NCBI GenBank assembly: GCA_047285805.1
Contig: JBJBCN010000002.1
Location: forward strand, 576,001-640,000
DNA from: Synechococcus sp.
Lineage (GTDB): Bacteria; Cyanobacteriota; Cyanobacteriia; PCC-6307; Cyanobiaceae
Direction: 5' to 3'
Length of the DNA stretch: 64,000 bases
In this document: one piece after another, positions 58,989 to 64,000 of the stretch
How the letters are laid out: each line of letters opens with the position of its first letter
Numbering within the stretch: the stretch's first letter is position 1
Notes under the pieces: generated by a model
Database searches by the model: none
Seen by the model: the letters and a program-made list of their open reading frames with translations, nothing else
Told to the model about the DNA's origin: nothing
Made by a program: the position numbers and the translations under genes

Positions 58989-60132
58989 AGCGTGAGTTCA
59001 CCCGGTCCCCGGGAGAGCTGAAGACCGCGGTGCCGTCATCGCCAATTTTCCCTTCAAGCCTCTTGGCGCGGGTTACCTGTTTGTAGGTGTCGCGCTTCAG
59101 CACGACCTGATGCACAGCTTCAAAGCGTCCGGTGGACCAATTCCAGAGGCAACGGGTCGCCGTGAGCCGCTCACCGGGCTGCTGCAGCTCACAACCGCGG
59201 GAGACCTTGACGTCACTCTTTTCAAGATCAATCGCAAAGCGATCACCCTTGGCCTTGAGGGCATTGAACTGCCCTGTAAAGGGCTTGTCGCTGCTCAGTT
59301 GTTGGTCATTGATCGCCCAGCGCGTCTGCTGAGCATCCAGCCAACCCTTGCCATCCGATCGGCGCAGCCTCACGGGCGCTACGAGGTCGACATACCCCTC
59401 CCTCAAGTTGCCCCTGAGGCCCTGGGCGGTAAGCACCAGGCTGGGAGTCGAAGTCTCTCTTTTTGGATGTTTGGCAGGCTCAGTCGGCTCAAACCGTTCG
59501 CCCCGGACAACCGCAGGCGCCTTTAGATCACCCTGTTCGGGTTTCCAATCGACCCATTGGGCTTTGACTTTGAGGGGAAGTGGGGCGGGCTCCTTGGCGT
59601 TGGCTTTTGTCTGGCGTCCGTCCTGCCAATGCTCCAGCACGGGAGCCCCCCGCAGTTCAATGAGATCGCGTTTGATGAAGTACTGGGCTGTCTCCGCGCT
59701 GATGCGTGAACGACGGTCCAGAGCGACGGGCCGCTGGTCGATCACCATCAGCTCCTCGCGGGGCAACCAGCGGGCCGTATCTCCGGTGATTTCAACCGGT
59801 TCCTTGCCCAGGAGAGTGATGAGAACAGCCCCCTCGAGCTGAATAGCCTGTCCATCACCAATCACCGTGCCCCGTTGGGCCGCAATCAAAATGGTGGGTT
59901 GACCGCGTCGAAAGACGGTGCCGCGGGGGTTCAAGGCCTTGGCGAGTTTGCGCTGGATGTCATAACGGGCCTCGGGGCTCTTCAGTTCCCAGGCGGGAGC
60001 TCCCTTAGGATCTTGCTGGCGTAGGTCCAATGCACGGAAGGCGAACGGTTGGGCTGTTTGCCTTCCGGCCGTTGAGCAGCCCAGTAGGAGCAGGCCAGCG
60101 GCAAGCCAGAGCAATCGAGGCGTATGTGCCAT
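58921..60132 (-). CDS. lptC: LptC-like LPS export lipoprotein
   Basis: Lipobox LLGC; LRQQDPKG.PAWEL.SPEARY; repeated beta-jellyroll-like segments. Confidence 0.75.
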   Translation of the reverse strand: MAHTPRLLWLAAGLLLLGCSTAGRQTAQPFAFRALDLRQQDPKGAPAWELKSPEARYDIQRKLAKALNPRGTVFRRGQPTILIAAQRGTVIGDGQAIQLEGAVLITLLGKEPVEITGDTARWLPREELMVIDQRPVALDRRSRISAETAQYFIKRDLIELRGAPVLEHWQDGRQTKANAKEPAPLPLKVKAQWVDWKPEQGDLKAPAVVRGERFEPTEPAKHPKRETSTPSLVLTAQGLRGNLREGYVDLVAPVRLRRSDGKGWLDAQQTRWAINDQQLSSDKPFTGQFNALKAKGDRFAIDLEKSDVKVSRGCELQQPGERLTATRCLWNWSTGRFEAVHQVVLKRDTYKQVTRAKRLEGKIGDDGTAVFSSPGDRVNSRFTLPPKGQGGGETKRSQAPIAF

Positions 60133-61700
60133 CAGAGTGGTGCCTCTAGCTCGAGGCGTGCCATCACCGGTGAGGGTTCAGGCAACGGGGCAGCGCAAGC
60201 GAGACCGCCCCAGTTCAACTGCTCTAGCCAGGTGGAGCTGACTACGGCATCGGCGCTTGAGTCAGCGACCTGTTGCCCGAGTTGAACCAGCATCCGAGCG
60301 GAGAGATCCGGTAACAGAGGTGCCATCAGCAAGGCCACCAGACGCGCGGCCTCAAGAACGGCGTACAGATCATCGGCTACTTGTTCGCGGGTGCCTTCCT
60401 TTTTCATCAGGCTCCAGGGGGCCTGATCATTGAGATAGCCGTTGGCGGCAATCGCCAGTTGAAGGGCCGCCTCTGCAGCGGCGCGGAACTCGAGGTTCTC
60501 TAGCGCTGTCAGGCTAGTGGCCTTGGCATCTGCAGCGGCTTTGGCAAGGGGGTGTTCGCTGGTCTTCGCTTGGCTGGCGGGAGGCACCGCCTCATCGAAC
60601 CAGCGGCGCGCCATAGAGCTAGTGCGATTCAGCAGGTTGCCAATGGTGTTGGCCAGATCGTTGTTGACCAGATCGCTGAAGCGCTGCTGCTGAAAATCGC
60701 CGTCATCGCCAAAAGGGATATCCCGCAGCAGGTACCAGCGAACCGGGTCACGGCCGCAGCGCTCGAGCAGTTCGGCGGGGTCAAGGACATTGCCCAGGGA
60801 CTTGCCCATTTTTTGGCCTTCCCTGGTCAGGAAGCCGTGCCCAAAAACCTTGGCGGGAAGGGGAAGGCCAGCCGACAGAAGCATCGCTGGCCAGTAGACG
60901 GCATGGAAGCGCAGGATATCTTTGCCGATCACATGGACCGACGCAGGCCAGCCCCGGCTCAGGGCTGTTTCCAGGTCGGGGGCATCGCTGTCTTCGAGCA
61001 GCGCGGTGATGTAACCGAGCAAGGCATCGAACCAGACGTAGAAGGTGTGCCCGTCGTGGCCTGGAACGGGGATCCCCCAGGGCAGATTGATCCGTGAAAT
61101 GGAGAAGTCGCGGAGGCCCTGCTTGACGAAGTTCTCGACCTCGCGCCGGCGACTGGCAGGTTGGATAAAACCAGGCTGGGAGATCAGGGCTTCGATCTGC
61201 TCCTGGTAGCGAGATAGACGGAAGAAAAGGTTGACTTCATCGCGCCACTCCAGGCCCTTGCGGTGGATCGGACATTCCGGATCCTGGGCCTCATGGGGGT
61301 CGTCCTTGAACTCTTCACACGCGACGCAATACCAGCCCTGTTGACGCCCCTCAACAATGTCACCGTTGGCCTCGACCCTGGCAAAAAACTGCTGAACGAT
61401 CCGCTCATGCCGTGGATCGGTGGTGCGGATCAACCGGTTATTGCTTATTTGCCAGCGATCCCAAAGCTCGCGGTACTGGGCGCTCACTACATCGCAGTGG
61501 GCCTGGGGGCTGAGGCCGCCAGCCTCGGCTGTGCGTTGAATCTTTTGGCCGTGCTCATCACAGCCGGTGATGAACAGCACCTCCTCACCTTTGAGCCTCT
61601 GGAACCGGGCCAGGGCATCACAGGCCAGGGTCGTGTACGCACTCCCCAAGTGAGGCTTGTCGTTTACGTAATAGAGGGGGGTGGTGAGGGTGTAAGTCAT
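60132..61700 (-). CDS. metG: Methionine-tRNA ligase
   Basis: YYVNDKPHLGSAY (HIGH), CVAC/CPIH knuckle, YVWFDAL, KMGKS. Confidence 0.97.
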   Translation of the reverse strand: MTYTLTTPLYYVNDKPHLGSAYTTLACDALARFQRLKGEEVLFITGCDEHGQKIQRTAEAGGLSPQAHCDVVSAQYRELWDRWQISNNRLIRTTDPRHERIVQQFFARVEANGDIVEGRQQGWYCVACEEFKDDPHEAQDPECPIHRKGLEWRDEVNLFFRLSRYQEQIEALISQPGFIQPASRRREVENFVKQGLRDFSISRINLPWGIPVPGHDGHTFYVWFDALLGYITALLEDSDAPDLETALSRGWPASVHVIGKDILRFHAVYWPAMLLSAGLPLPAKVFGHGFLTREGQKMGKSLGNVLDPAELLERCGRDPVRWYLLRDIPFGDDGDFQQQRFSDLVNNDLANTIGNLLNRTSSMARRWFDEAVPPASQAKTSEHPLAKAAADAKATSLTALENLEFRAAAEAALQLAIAANGYLNDQAPWSLMKKEGTREQVADDLYAVLEAARLVALLMAPLLPDLSARMLVQLGQQVADSSADAVVSSTWLEQLNWGGLACAAPLPEPSPVMARLELEAPL

Positions 61701-61757
61701 CGGCGGGATCCTAGGCAGCCCTTCCCCTTCGCGCCTTCAGTTGCGACCCTGAGCTGA

Positions 61758-63593
61758 GTGCTCAGCCCATCCATGCCGGCCCACAGCGAATCCGCCCCGG
61801 TGGTGGTCTGGGCTGGCGGCACGGGAGGTGTCGCTGCTGCGATCCAATCGGCTCGCTCAGGGGCGTACACCGTTCTATTAACCCCTGGCCCTTGGCTTGG
61901 TGGCATGGTCAGCTCCGCGGGGGTGTGCTGCCCTGATGGCAATGAGCTCAGTCCCTGGCAGACGGGGCTTTGGGGTGCCTTTCTGAGGGGCCTGGCTGAG
62001 GCGGAACCCGGTGGTTTGGACCAGAACTGGGTGAGCTGTTTTGGCTTTCGACCGGCCCAGGCCGAAGCGTTGCTACAGGGATGGGTTTCTGCCCTCCCCA
62101 ATTTGTGCTGGCTCTCCGACTGCCGAGTGGTTGCGGTGGAGCGCTCGGAGCGCCTAGTCCACGCCCTGAGATATGAGCAGAACGGACAGAGCCAGAGGCT
62201 CGCCTGTAGTGTTCTGATCGACGGTAGTGATCGTGGCGATCTGCTACCGCTCTTGGACCTCCCCTTTCGCTGGGGCTGGGAAGAGCAGGAGCTCTGGAAT
62301 GAGCCCAGCGCCCCTAGTGCGGCACGGATCAGGTCGGAGTCTTTTTTCCAAAACCAACCGGTTCAGTCGCCGACCTGGGTGGTGATGGGCCAGCTGACGA
62401 GCGTCGCTCCGCCGCGGCAACTGCCCGAGAAACCCTTATTGCCTTCGCCGTTTGAACTGGCCTGCCAGAGCTTTGGCCTGGGCCAAACCCTCACCTATGG
62501 CCGTTTGCCAGGCGGCTTGGTGATGCTCAATTGGCCGCTCCATGGCAACGACTGGCATCACGGGCTCGAGCGTGGGTTTGGCGCCGAGGGAACAGCCGAG
62601 CCAGGGCTTTTTCGCGAGATGCAGGAGCACAGCCATCGCTTTGCAGAGGCACTCATCGAGGTCTCCAACGGTTGGCTTTCCCTTGGACAGGCCTTCCCAA
62701 GCGACTCCGGCAGTCCGGGACCCTCCTTAGCGGCCATGCCCTATTGGAGGGAGGGGCGGCGTTTGATCGGACGTCAGACCGTCATCGAACAGGACATCCT
62801 TCCGCCTCAATCGGGCCGTGGCATCGCACCACTTCCTGTCGATGAAGCAGGCCGTCTGACATCGATTGCCGTTGGGAACTACGCCAACGATCACCACTAT
62901 CCCGGCGGCGATTGGACGCTGGCGCCAAAGAGCTGCCACTGGGGTGGTCGCTGGTCGGGGACGCCCTTCTGCATTCCCTATGGCGCTCTCATCAGCGCCG
63001 ATCTCGACAACGTTTTGGCGGCCGACAAGGCCTTCAGCACGTCCCACATGGCCAATGGGGCGACCCGACTCCAGCCGTTGATCTTCAACGTCGGTCAAGC
63101 CGCTGGCGCTGCAGCGGCACTATCCGTGGAGTTGGGCCAACCTCCGGCCGATCTGCCGGTCGCGCTCTTGCAGGAGCACCTGATTGCTGACCCCATTGCA
63201 CCGGCCGGAGTTGTGCCTCTGTGGGATACACCATGGAATGAACCGAATTGGGCTATACGTCAGCGAGCCGCTCTCCAGGATCCGACGCTTCTGTCAGATA
63301 GTGGTTGTTGGATGGGAGGTAAAACAGAGCCATCGTTGCTGCTAGGGCCCTCCAGCTCGCCCCTGGATCGAGCACAGCAACGTCTACTTGGAAAGGTCGT
63401 GCCGTTGGAGGACGACGCCTATGTGATGGAACTGGAGCGGCCCCAGTTAGGTCTGCAGTGTTGGCCCCTCATCACCTTAGAGCCCGCTGTCGATGAATGG
63501 CTCCGGAGCTTGGATCAGCCCATAAGCATGGAGATCCTGGGCTGCTTCAACCCCTGGGGCCCTTGGCTGCGCGTCTCGGCGGTCTTGCCCTAA
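61758..63593 (+). CDS. FAD-dependent oxidoreductase
   Basis: AGGTGGVAAA, LGGMVSSAGV, PYWREGRRL, STSHMANGATRLQP. Confidence 0.85.
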   Translation: MLSPSMPAHSESAPVVVWAGGTGGVAAAIQSARSGAYTVLLTPGPWLGGMVSSAGVCCPDGNELSPWQTGLWGAFLRGLAEAEPGGLDQNWVSCFGFRPAQAEALLQGWVSALPNLCWLSDCRVVAVERSERLVHALRYEQNGQSQRLACSVLIDGSDRGDLLPLLDLPFRWGWEEQELWNEPSAPSAARIRSESFFQNQPVQSPTWVVMGQLTSVAPPRQLPEKPLLPSPFELACQSFGLGQTLTYGRLPGGLVMLNWPLHGNDWHHGLERGFGAEGTAEPGLFREMQEHSHRFAEALIEVSNGWLSLGQAFPSDSGSPGPSLAAMPYWREGRRLIGRQTVIEQDILPPQSGRGIAPLPVDEAGRLTSIAVGNYANDHHYPGGDWTLAPKSCHWGGRWSGTPFCIPYGALISADLDNVLAADKAFSTSHMANGATRLQPLIFNVGQAAGAAAALSVELGQPPADLPVALLQEHLIADPIAPAGVVPLWDTPWNEPNWAIRQRAALQDPTLLSDSGCWMGGKTEPSLLLGPSSSPLDRAQQRLLGKVVPLEDDAYVMELERPQLGLQCWPLITLEPAVDEWLRSLDQPISMEILGCFNPWGPWLRVSAVLP

Positions 63594-63596
63594 GTC

Positions 63597-64000
63597 TCAG
63601 GAGCTGGACGCGCTGAGTCTCAGTTGGTCCCGGAGAGAATCAACGGTTTGTACACGAAGCAGAAGTGCGTCCCCGGGCTTGGAACCATTCGGACACCCCG
63701 CAGCCAGATCGATCGCCAGCTCGTCAATGCGCACGAGGCCAAGGGTGTCCTGGGGACGGAGCCAGCGCAGGAATTGCGCTCGCCATTGCTGGCCCTTCCG
63801 GCCTTCAAACCAGACCTGCTGCCAGTGGCGCTGATCTTCCCTTGCAATGCCAATCCCCTCGCGGATGGCTCCATCGACCTCATTGATGAGTTCCTGGAGT
63901 TGTTCTTCGGAGAGGGGGGACTTTGCGGCCAACTGGCGTTGAACCAAGAGGTCGCCGTAACGACGAATCGGGGACGTAGCCTGGACATAGGCTGGCAGGC
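63597..64000 (-). CDS. rnb: Ribonuclease II/R family, C-terminal fragment
   Basis: YVQATSPIRRYGDLLVQRQL RNB motif; runs off the window edge. Confidence 0.88.
   Translation of the reverse strand, partial: LPAYVQATSPIRRYGDLLVQRQLAAKSPLSEEQLQELINEVDGAIREGIGIAREDQRHWQQVWFEGRKGQQWRAQFLRWLRPQDTLGLVRIDELAIDLAAGCPNGSKPGDALLLRVQTVDSLRDQLRLSASSS

Overview
GC-rich picocyanobacterial (Synechococcus/Cyanobium-like) chromosomal segment, mostly core genes: lspA, bioY, sipA, an M16 peptidase pair, pcyA-devBCA, rpsB-tsf, recG, sir, glyS, chlP, typA, lptAB/lptFG, ccsA, rpe, glpX, hemA, glgC, gnd, pgl, ilvD, upp, cobalamin riboswitch-hupE/ureJ-cobW, purSQ, 2-Cys peroxiredoxin, tRNA-Met, trmL, cobU, pxcA, psb32, ccb2, lptC, metG and rnb. 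I saw no CRISPR array, integrase, transposase, phage or recognisable defence system. The least ordinary part is about 47.2-53.5 kb, left of tRNA-Met. It holds three disrupted genes read directly from the DNA, an RpaB paralogue, and a translationally coupled minus-strand cassette ending in a 59-aa HicB-like ORF that the ORF track missed. Also notable are a fatty-acid desaturase whose frame extends upstream without a canonical start codon, and a 51-aa K/R-rich protein with its own terminator. All family calls come from motif recognition, not database searches. I cannot claim a clearly new multi-gene system.
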